A DNA stretch of 64,000 nucleotides, taken from NCBI GenBank assembly GCA_038106355.1, contig JAYODQ010000003.1, positions 2,534 to 66,533 of the forward strand. Reading direction: 5' to 3'. Under the pieces are notes generated by a model. It was not told the origin of the DNA and ran no database searches. It saw nothing but the letters and a program-made list of their open reading frames with translations. The position numbers and the translations under genes were made by a program. Below, one piece after another: positions 35,931-45,022 of the stretch (position 1 is its first letter; each line of letters begins with the position of its first letter). The DNA comes from Candidatus Poseidoniales archaeon. Its GTDB lineage: Archaea; Thermoplasmatota; Poseidoniia; Poseidoniales; Poseidoniaceae.

Positions 35931-38555
35931 ATGCTCAACAAAGTCTTCACATCTTCATTGCTGATTGCCCTTTTCCTTTGTTCGACAATGCTCAGCGTAG
36001 GTCCTCAAGAATTTCTTGAAGACTCTTCCACCAATTCAAAGTCAAATGTTGTGAATCGAGTTAATGTGACAAGCGATAGCATGACTATGACAGCTGATGA
36101 AATCATGCAATTTTCAGCGACATTGTACACCACAACCAACACCACCATTCAAGACGATGTCAATTGGTCTTCATCGAATGGTACCATCACAAGCGATGGT
36201 ATTTTCTATCCTTGGACGGCTGGAGTTGTTCAAATTGAAGCCGAATATGGCGGAGTTCGTGGTGAGTTCAATATCACAGTCACGCCAGGTGCGGCAACCT
36301 CAATATCCATTGTTTCAACAACAGCCTCAGTCCTTGAACAAAATCAACTTCAAGCACAAGTAACGGATGGTCGTGGCAACATAAAACCAGCCTCAGCACA
36401 GACGGTGTGGGATATCGAGGGAGAATACATTGGGACTGGTTCACCTGTATGGATTCCAGAAGAAACTGGTGACTTTTCGATTCGAGCCAGATTGTATCAA
36501 CTTGAAGCGGATTCGACCATCACTGTGGTTGCCGGCTCACCTCATTCCTTCGTCTTCCCAGATTATATGACGGTCATTGCGGGTCAGTCCTACACGCTGA
36601 ATCCTCAACTGCTCGATATGAATGATTATTCCATGCCACTTACTTCCGCAGGATCTCTGTCATGGTGGGCTGAGCGTGGAGCTATCAATGAATTCGGTAA
36701 TTATTCCTCGACCGATACAGGAATTTGGAATGTGACTGTGACAGCAGGAAATGTTACTGGGGTGGGACAAATTCACGTTGTGCCAGGTACTGCAGTCGTT
36801 TCTCAAGTCATCATTGTCGACCAAAGGGAGGTGTATGTAGCCGGGCAACCCTATGAGGTGGCAGTTGAGCGACGAGACGTCAATGGATACATTGGCCTCG
36901 TGACCCCCGAACTTGGATATTGGAGCGTGTCCTCTGGCGGACTATCACTGAACGAAAATAAGGTGATGTGGACACCTTCGAGGACTGGAATAGCCACAGT
37001 GAGTACAACCGATGATGGCATTTCCTCGAGCATTCAAGTTGAAGTTGTCCATGGTAACGCTTTCGAAGTTTCAATTCGTTCAAGTCATGTGGCTCCTCAC
37101 GCTGGTGACCAAGTCGTCTTGGAGATGATTGCTGTCGATATTAAAGGAAATGTTTGGGTCGTGAATGGCAGCCTCGATTTCCTCAAAGGAAACACCAACG
37201 AATTGACAACATACGAAACCTACACACTCCTTCAGGCCGCTTCGACAGGTCAATGGGATATCGAGGGAACATGGTTTGATACCTCCACCAACTCCGAATT
37301 TATCGCTACCCTCGATTTTGAGGTCACCGCCGGTCGATTGGCTTTTATTGCTCTTGAAGGCGATGGGCAAATTCTCCCTGCTGACCAAACCTTTGACCTC
37401 AATCCTCAATTTTACGATGCTTACGGAAACCAACTCACCTCAATTGAATTGAATTGGAGCATTGATGGCAAAGACGCAACATTACAGATGCGTCTCAACG
37501 ATAATGTTTGGGCATCATCGGTTCTCGGTGGTCACGAAATTCGAGTGAACGCCGACGGTATTTTTGGAACCGTGCGACTCAATGTCGTCCCTGGAGCAGC
37601 ACACTCTTTACTGACTGATGCAGAAGGTGGACTCGTCGTGTTTGCTGGTGTTCCAGTCGATTTGTTTGTTGAGGTCGTTGATATTCATGGAAATGTAGGT
37701 GAGTCTTCTTTGCTTTCCACTTCAATTGATGCATCCATTGGTGAACTCGAAGCCTCATCCACCGGTGTGGGGTATTGGTCCTTCACTGGAAAAATAAGCG
37801 GGTCGTATGGACTTCAACTCATCGAAGGGGATGCAAGCCACACGATACCACTCACCGTTCTTCCAGGCGAGCCTATTCGTATTCGAACAAACCTTCAATC
37901 TTCATCAATATCTCAAGGCGATATTATTCTCCTCGATGTTTGGGGGGTTGACGCGTATGATAATATCGTTGAAATTGACCATCAAAACACCACAATTACA
38001 TGCACTGCTGGTGATGCCATCCACGTGACATCTGGAACTTGGGAAATTGAAGTTTCACAATCGGGTAACGACCGATCTTGTACCATTCTTTGGCAAGGTT
38101 TGCTTGCGCAGAACTTTTTCGACGTTGATGAAGTTCTGTTTGGTGGTGCAGTGGGTTCAACCAACACAGCCATAGGCATCTTGACATTTCTGCTCCTGCT
38201 CATTTTGGTGGTGATGATCGTCCTTGTTAGGAAGGCCAGTGCAGTCCCCCTCAATAATTGGGTTGAAGATGAGTTTGAACAGGCCCCCACTCAACAAGAT
38301 ATGCCCGCACCATCGCCCCCAGTGGAGACACCGGTTGCTTCCCAACCACAACAAAAAGCAAATCACATAGCAGGTCCAAGGCCCGACCTTGAGATTACCG
38401 TTCGCGACGACTTAGCACGAAAGGCAGTTGAAGTCGGTGTCATGCAAGCAGCTCCAGGAACCGAACAAGGTTCAACAGGTTGGTATGTCAACACGAAGTC
38501 AGGACTTGAAGCATGGGAAGTGACTGCGGACGGTGCTTGGAATAAATTGGAATAA
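35931..38555 (+). CDS. Surface protein made of Ig-like (Big_2-type) repeats, with a TM anchor and a cytoplasmic tail bearing a Trp-rich motif. Probably co-transcribed with the upstream giant gene.
   Basis: Signal peptide MLNKVFTSSLLIALFLCSTMLSVG. Repeats look like NITVTPGAATSISI, ITVVAGSPHSF, IHVVPGTAVVS and LNVVPGAAHSL. The TM is IGILTFLLLLILVVMIVLV (~38170-38228). It starts 21 nt after the previous stop, with GGAGG at 35918-35922. Confidence 0.85.
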   Translation: MLNKVFTSSLLIALFLCSTMLSVGPQEFLEDSSTNSKSNVVNRVNVTSDSMTMTADEIMQFSATLYTTTNTTIQDDVNWSSSNGTITSDGIFYPWTAGVVQIEAEYGGVRGEFNITVTPGAATSISIVSTTASVLEQNQLQAQVTDGRGNIKPASAQTVWDIEGEYIGTGSPVWIPEETGDFSIRARLYQLEADSTITVVAGSPHSFVFPDYMTVIAGQSYTLNPQLLDMNDYSMPLTSAGSLSWWAERGAINEFGNYSSTDTGIWNVTVTAGNVTGVGQIHVVPGTAVVSQVIIVDQREVYVAGQPYEVAVERRDVNGYIGLVTPELGYWSVSSGGLSLNENKVMWTPSRTGIATVSTTDDGISSSIQVEVVHGNAFEVSIRSSHVAPHAGDQVVLEMIAVDIKGNVWVVNGSLDFLKGNTNELTTYETYTLLQAASTGQWDIEGTWFDTSTNSEFIATLDFEVTAGRLAFIALEGDGQILPADQTFDLNPQFYDAYGNQLTSIELNWSIDGKDATLQMRLNDNVWASSVLGGHEIRVNADGIFGTVRLNVVPGAAHSLLTDAEGGLVVFAGVPVDLFVEVVDIHGNVGESSLLSTSIDASIGELEASSTGVGYWSFTGKISGSYGLQLIEGDASHTIPLTVLPGEPIRIRTNLQSSSISQGDIILLDVWGVDAYDNIVEIDHQNTTITCTAGDAIHVTSGTWEIEVSQSGNDRSCTILWQGLLAQNFFDVDEVLFGGAVGSTNTAIGILTFLLLLILVVMIVLVRKASAVPLNNWVEDEFEQAPTQQDMPAPSPPVETPVASQPQQKANHIAGPRPDLEITVRDDLARKAVEVGVMQAAPGTEQGSTGWYVNTKSGLEAWEVTADGAWNKLE

Positions 38556-38556
38556 T

Positions 38557-40209
38557 CTATTGTTCCTCAACGGCTGCTTCGTAAGCTTGGATAAAGTCAT
38601 CGATATCGATGACGCCGTCATCGTCGTCATCCACAACGTGAAAAATTCTTCTTAACTCATCGTTGGTAAATTCAAAATTGAGCGTTTTCATCGCATGGCG
38701 GAACTCTTGATAATTTAGGTGATTTTTCTCACCCATATCAGCAGCATGGAAGACTTTGATGCGCAACTCGTGCTCGGTAGGTGAGGGGTTTGCAAAGAGT
38801 GTTCTGAATGATTGAAAAGGCGTGACTCGGTCAATTGAATGCTTTTTGCCGTACAAAGAATAGGTGACCGATCCAACCAAGATGGCAATGCCAGCCCCCA
38901 TGATGCCTTTCGAGCCCATGATGTAAAGGAGATAGAAACCTGCTATGATGCCCCAAAATTGCATGAGTGGATAGAGTGGGGAGGAAAAGCTGGGGTGGTA
39001 ATTGCCGTGGATTTTGTTTGCTCTTCGAAAGATGAAAATTGTTCCACACATGAGAATGTAGACCATGATTTGGAATCCTGATGCCAATTTGGCAACATCT
39101 TCAACGGGTAGTTGTAAAATTGCAATCGCCATGAGGCCACCTGTGATGAGGATTGGCCAGTGTGGTGTCTCATATCTAGCATTTACATTTTCGAGGGCTG
39201 TCGGGAGGAGGTTATCTCTTGCCATCGCAAAAAGGAATCGAGATGAGGCGAGCAATCCAGCAAGGGCACCTGAAATCATGGTCAGAACGGCGAGAGCTGC
39301 GATAAAGATGGCAATTTCATTGCTCAACACCTGGTCAACAAAGACATAGATAGGGGCTTCGTTGGTGCTCCTATCATCGTTCAACCACCACTCGCCTGGA
39401 ACAGCAGCCATCATAATGAAGGTGAGAACACAATACAAGAAAGTCGCAATCAAAAGTGAAATGAGGATACTTGAGGGCAAATTTCGTTCTGGTTCTTGCA
39501 CTTCGCCTCCAATAGCGGTGACTTTGATGACGCCAGCATAGGCTACGAAGACAAAAGCTGCGGCACTTGCTACGTCTGTAAACTGAGCATCCATTGCACC
39601 GCGCCAAGGTCTTTGAACGTCAGTGGAATCGAGAAAGAGAGCGTACAATGCCACCAAAATGACGGCAATCATGGTGACCACCAGAATTGGTGCTTGTACG
39701 TTTTTGATTTTCTTCACGCCAAAGATATTGAGAATCGTAATGAGCACAAGTGCATAAAGTGCCACAGTCATGGTGTTGATGGTGATATCAAAATAATACG
39801 AAACGGCATGCAAATATGCTGAAAAACCAATCAAAGCGAAGGCTGATTTGAGCAAAAACGACGCCCATAGGCCCAGCCCAGAGATGGTTCCAAACCATGG
39901 CCCGTAAGCACGTTCAAGGTACACATAGGTGCCACCTGTTTTTGGAATTGCACTCGAAATTTCTGCTTTTGAAATCGCGCCTGGAAGAACAACAAGAGCG
40001 GCTAACGCATAGGCCAGCCAGATGCCTGGACCCATGATGGCTGCGGCAAAACCAGGCAAAACAAAGATGCCAGAACCGACCATGGAGGCCAAGGAAATGA
40101 TGATGACCCCAACGAGCGTTAGGCTACGTTCAAGTTTTCCTGAGATGTCCTTCGCGACCCCTTTGATGTCACCACGCATGAGTTTGCCTGTGGTTGATTT
40201 CAAATCCAT
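38557..40209 (-). CDS. APC-superfamily amino acid permease fused to a C-terminal EF-hand pair.
   Basis: About 12 hydrophobic helices with APC-type organisation (SLASMVGSGIFVLPG near TM1). The C-terminal ~75 aa contain DMGEKNHLNYQEF and the canonical loop DDDDDGVIDIDDF (38593-38631). Confidence 0.8.
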   Translation of the reverse strand: MDLKSTTGKLMRGDIKGVAKDISGKLERSLTLVGVIIISLASMVGSGIFVLPGFAAAIMGPGIWLAYALAALVVLPGAISKAEISSAIPKTGGTYVYLERAYGPWFGTISGLGLWASFLLKSAFALIGFSAYLHAVSYYFDITINTMTVALYALVLITILNIFGVKKIKNVQAPILVVTMIAVILVALYALFLDSTDVQRPWRGAMDAQFTDVASAAAFVFVAYAGVIKVTAIGGEVQEPERNLPSSILISLLIATFLYCVLTFIMMAAVPGEWWLNDDRSTNEAPIYVFVDQVLSNEIAIFIAALAVLTMISGALAGLLASSRFLFAMARDNLLPTALENVNARYETPHWPILITGGLMAIAILQLPVEDVAKLASGFQIMVYILMCGTIFIFRRANKIHGNYHPSFSSPLYPLMQFWGIIAGFYLLYIMGSKGIMGAGIAILVGSVTYSLYGKKHSIDRVTPFQSFRTLFANPSPTEHELRIKVFHAADMGEKNHLNYQEFRHAMKTLNFEFTNDELRRIFHVVDDDDDGVIDIDDFIQAYEAAVEEQ

Positions 40210-40301
40210 GGGTTCACTTCCGGAAAAAGACAGTTTTGATTCTTAATTTCCTAAGCAAAAGTCGATGATTGATATTCTTTCCTCCGTAGAGTGAGAGGTT
40301 A

Positions 40302-40319
40302 TTTTCCGTAAACCGGAAA
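40302..40319 (-). terminator. Hairpin immediately downstream of the dioxygenase-RidA gene stop.
   Basis: The minus-strand sequence is TTTCCG-GTTTA-CGGAAA (6-bp stem) and begins 1 nt after the TAA stop at 40320-40322. Its CCGGAAA half-site resembles the TTCCGGAA palindrome at 40218-40225. Confidence 0.25.
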
Positions 40320-41723
40320 TTATGCTTGAGCGATGACCTTCATTTCGACGGCAATCGGTGTTGGTAATGCATCGATAGCAATCGTCGTTCGCGTTGGTCC
40401 AACTTGGCCAAGTGTTTTGGCCCAAACTTCATTGTATCCCTTGAAATCACGGTCCATATCAATAAGAAACGTTGTGACGTCGAGAACCTTGTCAATCGAT
40501 GAACCGGCTTCAATCAAAATGCGTTCAATATTATCGATGACGGCTTGGGTTTGTGCCTTGATGTCGTAATCAAGTGGTTGTCCGTTTTCATCATGAATGG
40601 GTCCACCAGGAATGGCGTTGGTTCCAGGTTGCCTTGGCCCTACACCAGAAAGATAGAGCAGGTCACCAACTTTTCTTGCGTGAGGATATGCACCTACAGG
40701 TTTCGGTGCTGCATCGGAATTCACTGAACCTTCAGCTTTGGTTGGCTCCCATAATTCCGGGCCGTTTTTTGAAGAAGGTGCCTGCTCTCCACTGATTTGG
40801 TCAGAGGCATCATCTGCATCCAACACGTTTCGGTCACCAGAATAGGTCTCAACATCATCCTCATCGTATTCTTTGTCACCCATGCCCGTGGGTGTAGGAT
40901 CGATGTAGACCACAGCCCCACCAGCACCGTGCAATGCTTCGTAGGCAAGCACCCGTCCGGAAAGGTCGTTTCGATTTCCGTTCATCGCCGATAACCACCA
41001 CATCGGTTTGAACGTCACAACCTTTTGTACACGGATTTGCTGATGAATTGTCCTCGATAATTGACCGACATCCTCAAGTCTTCCTTCTTCAAGAAATTCG
41101 AGGATTTTTCGGTTCCATTCGTCGTCCTTGAGCGAGTGGATTCGGTCTTCTTCTGGAGCGATAAAATCGGTAAACATTCGATTTGAAAGGGACATTGCTG
41201 TGATGGCAACCGCTTTCCTTCCTTGTTGTCGAAGCACATCGAGACATGCTTTTGCAAGCACCGTGGTTTCAGCACGGTTTGCATACACATTGGAGGAGAC
41301 GATGACCGCAGGGATTTTGTTACCAGGATTGAGCAGAGTCAGAGCAACAACTGAACCAACATCGATTGGAAATCCTTTGTAATTGACGCATCGACTTTGT
41401 AGGCCTCGTTTTTTGTTGGCCTCGTTCCATGCATGGGCAAAATCAGCATCGATGTTGAACGAGTAGGGAATGCTGCCTAGGTCATGAAAATCGTGGTCGA
41501 CCATGACCCATTCTGGATTTGGGTCTGCCTGAATTTGATGACCGATAATGCTCGGCCACGTGGTGGAGTAAATGATGAGGAGGTCTGCACCCGAGTCTGC
41601 AATCATGTTCGCTGCTTCATCGTAGGCATCTCGGAGTCGACGCCAACCTTCGTTCATGTCTGGGGCAAGAACGGTATGAGGATGGACAGGAACGACAAGA
41701 TTGCCTACGATGACATCACTCAT
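40320..41723 (-). CDS. Fusion protein: LigB-family extradiol dioxygenase-like domain with degenerate active site (AmnA-like non-catalytic subunit), acidic linker, then RidA/YjgF/TdcF-family (deaminase-type) domain.
   Basis: Aa 1-278 parallel the adjacent LigB-type protein, but SPHW is replaced by STTW and SLSHRHF by SLSNRMF. Aa 279-340 form an acidic, low-complexity linker. Aa 341-467 read VGAYPHARKVGDLLYLSGVGP...DKVLDVTTFLIDMDRDFKGYNEVWAK...PTRTTIAIDALPTPIAVEM, the RidA/YjgF pattern. Confidence 0.7.
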   Translation of the reverse strand: MSDVIVGNLVVPVHPHTVLAPDMNEGWRRLRDAYDEAANMIADSGADLLIIYSTTWPSIIGHQIQADPNPEWVMVDHDFHDLGSIPYSFNIDADFAHAWNEANKKRGLQSRCVNYKGFPIDVGSVVALTLLNPGNKIPAVIVSSNVYANRAETTVLAKACLDVLRQQGRKAVAITAMSLSNRMFTDFIAPEEDRIHSLKDDEWNRKILEFLEEGRLEDVGQLSRTIHQQIRVQKVVTFKPMWWLSAMNGNRNDLSGRVLAYEALHGAGGAVVYIDPTPTGMGDKEYDEDDVETYSGDRNVLDADDASDQISGEQAPSSKNGPELWEPTKAEGSVNSDAAPKPVGAYPHARKVGDLLYLSGVGPRQPGTNAIPGGPIHDENGQPLDYDIKAQTQAVIDNIERILIEAGSSIDKVLDVTTFLIDMDRDFKGYNEVWAKTLGQVGPTRTTIAIDALPTPIAVEMKVIAQA

Positions 41724-42622
41724 GCATTTGCCTCCTCATGTTTGTGCACTGGCCACTCAACGATGGCATTGCCAGTTCCGATGATGGTGCCATAGCCGTG
41801 CAAAATTGCTGGATATTGTGGTATGCCGAGGGTGGAAAGAAGCCATGTGAGTCCGCCGCCGTCACTTTCTGCAATGGCTTGCTCGGTGAATTCGGGCATC
41901 TCATCGATGATACGCTGTGCTTGACCGCTTCGCATGTAGTCGATCATTCGCATGTCCCAAAGATGCATGGCGTGGCTCGTGATGTGTTCTTTGCTCATAT
42001 CTTCAGGCATGTCGGATTCCGATGTGAAGTGCCTGTGCGAGAGCGAATTACTGGCGAGGACAACCACACGCTTGCCACTGGCAAGAATTGCTTTACGCGT
42101 AATTCGACCAAGTTCGAGCATCATCTCTTGCATCACTTCGACCGAATAGTAGTGGGTTGAGCGGTTGCTCGAAATGACCACAAACGGTTTATCCCAAGTT
42201 GGATTGAACATGTGCCCGGTGGTGATGGTACCATAATCCACTCGAAAGTCGGGATTGGTCATCATCTTGGTCGGCAAACCAGCCTCGGCAGCAGCGTCGC
42301 AAATGGCTTGTGAAAGTTCGATATCGATGTTAATGTCGTAATGGTAGCGGAAGAGGTTTGGAAAAATGGGGTCAACGGACAAACTTTTGAAATTTTCAAG
42401 ACCGAGAAAATGAGTGCCAACATAGGTTTGCCAGTGCGGTGAGAGAAGCACAATCGAATCGTATTCGATGTCTTTGAGTGACTCTCGAAGACGTTCATAG
42501 CCCCATCGAAGTTGCTCCCAACCCCCTTCAGCAACGGGTTCGTTTTGTGGAGGGTTTTCTGCATAGACAAGATGTGGAGGATGTGGTGCAAGGCAACCAG
42601 CGACAATCTTTCCTTCGCCCAT
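41720..42622 (-). CDS. Class III (LigB-type) extradiol ring-cleavage dioxygenase catalytic subunit, AmnB-like.
   Basis: GCLAPHPPHL, LLSPHWQT and NSLSHRHF match the LigB-family His ligand and catalytic His contexts. Its TGA overlaps the ATG of the downstream gene (ATGA at 41720-41723). The listed GTG at 42637 is an alternative start. Confidence 0.75.
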   Translation of the reverse strand: MGEGKIVAGCLAPHPPHLVYAENPPQNEPVAEGGWEQLRWGYERLRESLKDIEYDSIVLLSPHWQTYVGTHFLGLENFKSLSVDPIFPNLFRYHYDINIDIELSQAICDAAAEAGLPTKMMTNPDFRVDYGTITTGHMFNPTWDKPFVVISSNRSTHYYSVEVMQEMMLELGRITRKAILASGKRVVVLASNSLSHRHFTSESDMPEDMSKEHITSHAMHLWDMRMIDYMRSGQAQRIIDEMPEFTEQAIAESDGGGLTWLLSTLGIPQYPAILHGYGTIIGTGNAIVEWPVHKHEEANA

Positions 42623-42692
42623 GATACCTCGAAACACACGTGCCCTAAAGCCCCATCGCTGTAATTTTCAACAGACTTCATTCATGTGCTTT

Positions 42693-43607
42693 TCATTCCG
42701 CAGCAACATTGTTAATCGTATAGAGTACTCTACCTTCACGAGTGTCGGTAATGGTCACGTCAATGGTACAAGCAGTGTTACAAAGGTCTTGGCCGTTTTC
42801 CTTGATTCGGAAACCGTCACCAGCACTGAGAACAGTGTTGGTGATGTCTGTACCAAACTCTTCAAGCACACAAGGTCCGGTACCGTCGATACCTGGGTTG
42901 TCGCATGTTTGTGGTACGCCGCCATTCACTTCGATCTTGACCGAAATGGCTGACCAGCCGATGTCGTTGCCTTGGTCCATTGTAATTCGGATGAGGTAGT
43001 CAGTTGTGTCTGTACCTGGGTTTCCAGTGTCGTCTTCACCTGTAAATTGGTACAAGGCATAATTTGGGGTATATGCATCATCATGCCACCAACGTAGTGG
43101 TGATATACTAATGCCGCTATCAACAAAGGCTGAAGACCCGTGACCATGTTCATCGAGAGCAATAAATGCAAATGAAATTCGGTAGGATGTATTTGACATT
43201 GGGTGTGGATTCCACAGCGAGGTAGGAATCGATACATTGGTGTAACCACTGTGCTGACTCACACTTACATCGATGTGGCCATCCAAATCCACATCGTAAC
43301 CCATTGTAAGATTATCACCATCGATATCGACAACAGCATGGTAGACAACAATCGTTGTGTAGTTGATCATTGTGAGTGAGATGGGTAAACTTTGATTGAA
43401 AGATGAAGAATAATTGACAGAAGGGTCATCGGTGTATGCGTGGTCTAAGAGAATTGAAGGTGCGTGATTTGGTGGAACAACAGACGTCGAAGGGGAAGCA
43501 CTTACGCTGCCATCTTCTGGATTGACACACCCCGCAAGTAAAGAGGTTGAAACAAGCATCATGAGAATCAATAGGTTTCGCATGAGAAGTGCTAACTTTT
43601 TGTTCAT
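42693..43607 (-). CDS. Secreted lipoprotein-like protein with DxDxDG-type acidic (Ca-binding-like) motifs.
   Basis: MNKKLALLMRNLLILMMLVSTSLLAGC carries a lipobox-like L-A-G-C. It also contains VVDIDGDNL and DVDLDGHID. Confidence 0.6.
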   Translation of the reverse strand: MNKKLALLMRNLLILMMLVSTSLLAGCVNPEDGSVSASPSTSVVPPNHAPSILLDHAYTDDPSVNYSSSFNQSLPISLTMINYTTIVVYHAVVDIDGDNLTMGYDVDLDGHIDVSVSQHSGYTNVSIPTSLWNPHPMSNTSYRISFAFIALDEHGHGSSAFVDSGISISPLRWWHDDAYTPNYALYQFTGEDDTGNPGTDTTDYLIRITMDQGNDIGWSAISVKIEVNGGVPQTCDNPGIDGTGPCVLEEFGTDITNTVLSAGDGFRIKENGQDLCNTACTIDVTITDTREGRVLYTINNVAAE

Positions 43608-43669
43608 ATTATGATTTCTGCACAACATCAACCTACAGGGCTTTTGAAGGCGCAGTTTGAGGGGTCCTC

Positions 43670-44164
43670 ATGACCGAGGAGGGGGGGCTCATCGCCGAGG
43701 AGCAAGTGGCTATCGAAGTCGCTGGCCCAGTCGGACATGGTCAACGAGATGTCGCATTGCATAGCCTTGTGCCATTTGTGATTGGAGGATTGCTCGGTGG
43801 ATACTGGCAAGCCTACCACTTCGATTCGATGACCTATGGACTGCCAACTCCGCCACAATTTGCACTTTTGTGTTGGATTGTCCTTTCGACGATTTCGTTT
43901 CCAGTGTTGTGGAAAGAGCAACCGGGTCGGTGGCCTGAGTATTTGGCTGGTACCTGTTCGCTCGCCCTCCCTTTGTTGCTTGTTTGGGTCACTGGTTACG
44001 GCAGTTTACTGTGCGGTGCGTACCTTGCTGGCATAGGATGGATTGTCGTGAGTGCTTCTTGGCCAAGGCTGACCTATCCACCGTTTCGCTACGGTATCTG
44101 GCACGTTTTGAGCGTCAACATCGGTGCGTTTTTTTGCTCCATTCTCGTTTATCAAACGTTTTGA
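43670..44164 (+). CDS. Hypothetical membrane protein (~4 TM).
   Basis: The ORF has several hydrophobic helices. No motif recognised. Confidence 0.45.
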   Translation: MTEEGGLIAEEQVAIEVAGPVGHGQRDVALHSLVPFVIGGLLGGYWQAYHFDSMTYGLPTPPQFALLCWIVLSTISFPVLWKEQPGRWPEYLAGTCSLALPLLLVWVTGYGSLLCGAYLAGIGWIVVSASWPRLTYPPFRYGIWHVLSVNIGAFFCSILVYQTF

Positions 44165-44986
44165 TTACGAAGTATAGGATTCATCTTCGCTCGGGAAAGA
44201 GCCACTTCGCACATCATCGCAATAGGATTTGATGGCCGAATCAATCTCTTCGGCAAGGTTGAGGTAGCGTCGAAGGAATCGAGGTGAGAAATCCATGGTG
44301 ATCCCAAGCAGGTCATGGAGCACGAGCACTTGACCATCGCAATCAGGGCCAGCCCCGATACCGATGGTTGGAATGGTGATGGACTCACTCACTCTTTTGG
44401 CGAGGTCACGTGGAATCTTTTCAAGAACGATGGCAAAGCATCCTGCTTGCTCGAGAATTTTTGCATCTTCGATGAGTTTCTCCGCTTCCTCCTCCTCCTT
44501 CGCTCGAACGGTGTAGGTTCCAAATTTGTAAATGGATTGAGGTGTGAGTCCGAGGTGACCCATCACAGGGATGCCGGCGGTGAGAATGCGCTGAATTGAT
44601 TCAACAATCTCAGCCCCACCTTCGAGTTTGACTGCATGCCCATTGGCTTCTTTCATGATTCGAATAGCACTTTCAAGAGCTTGACGAGAATTACCCTGGT
44701 ACGTTCCAAACGGCATGTCGACCACAAGCAGAGCCCTATCGATAGCACGTTCAACGCACTGAGCATGGTAAATCATATGGTCGAGGGTCATGGGTACAGT
44801 GGTGACTTGGCCAGCCATGACATTCGATGCCGAATCGCCGACGAGGATGACGTCGATACCCGCCTTATCGACGAGTTTTCCGAGCGAATAATCATAAGCA
44901 GTCAACATGGTGATTTTTTCACCAGCACGTTTCATCTCTTGCAAAGTGTTGGTGGTCACCTTGCGAGCACTTCCATGCACGGACAT
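44165..44986 (-). CDS. panB: 3-methyl-2-oxobutanoate hydroxymethyltransferase.
   Basis: [10 protein letters not shown]...VILVGDS...VVDMPFGTY...VKLEGG...GHLGLTPQS...IGIGAG is collinear with PanB. The listed GTG at 45001 is an alternative start. Confidence 0.9.
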   Translation of the reverse strand: MSVHGSARKVTTNTLQEMKRAGEKITMLTAYDYSLGKLVDKAGIDVILVGDSASNVMAGQVTTVPMTLDHMIYHAQCVERAIDRALLVVDMPFGTYQGNSRQALESAIRIMKEANGHAVKLEGGAEIVESIQRILTAGIPVMGHLGLTPQSIYKFGTYTVRAKEEEEAEKLIEDAKILEQAGCFAIVLEKIPRDLAKRVSESITIPTIGIGAGPDCDGQVLVLHDLLGITMDFSPRFLRRYLNLAEEIDSAIKSYCDDVRSGSFPSEDESYTS

Positions 44987-45022
44987 GGAGGGGGCTTGCA
45001 CCTCCTCGTTTTCAATGCCTCG

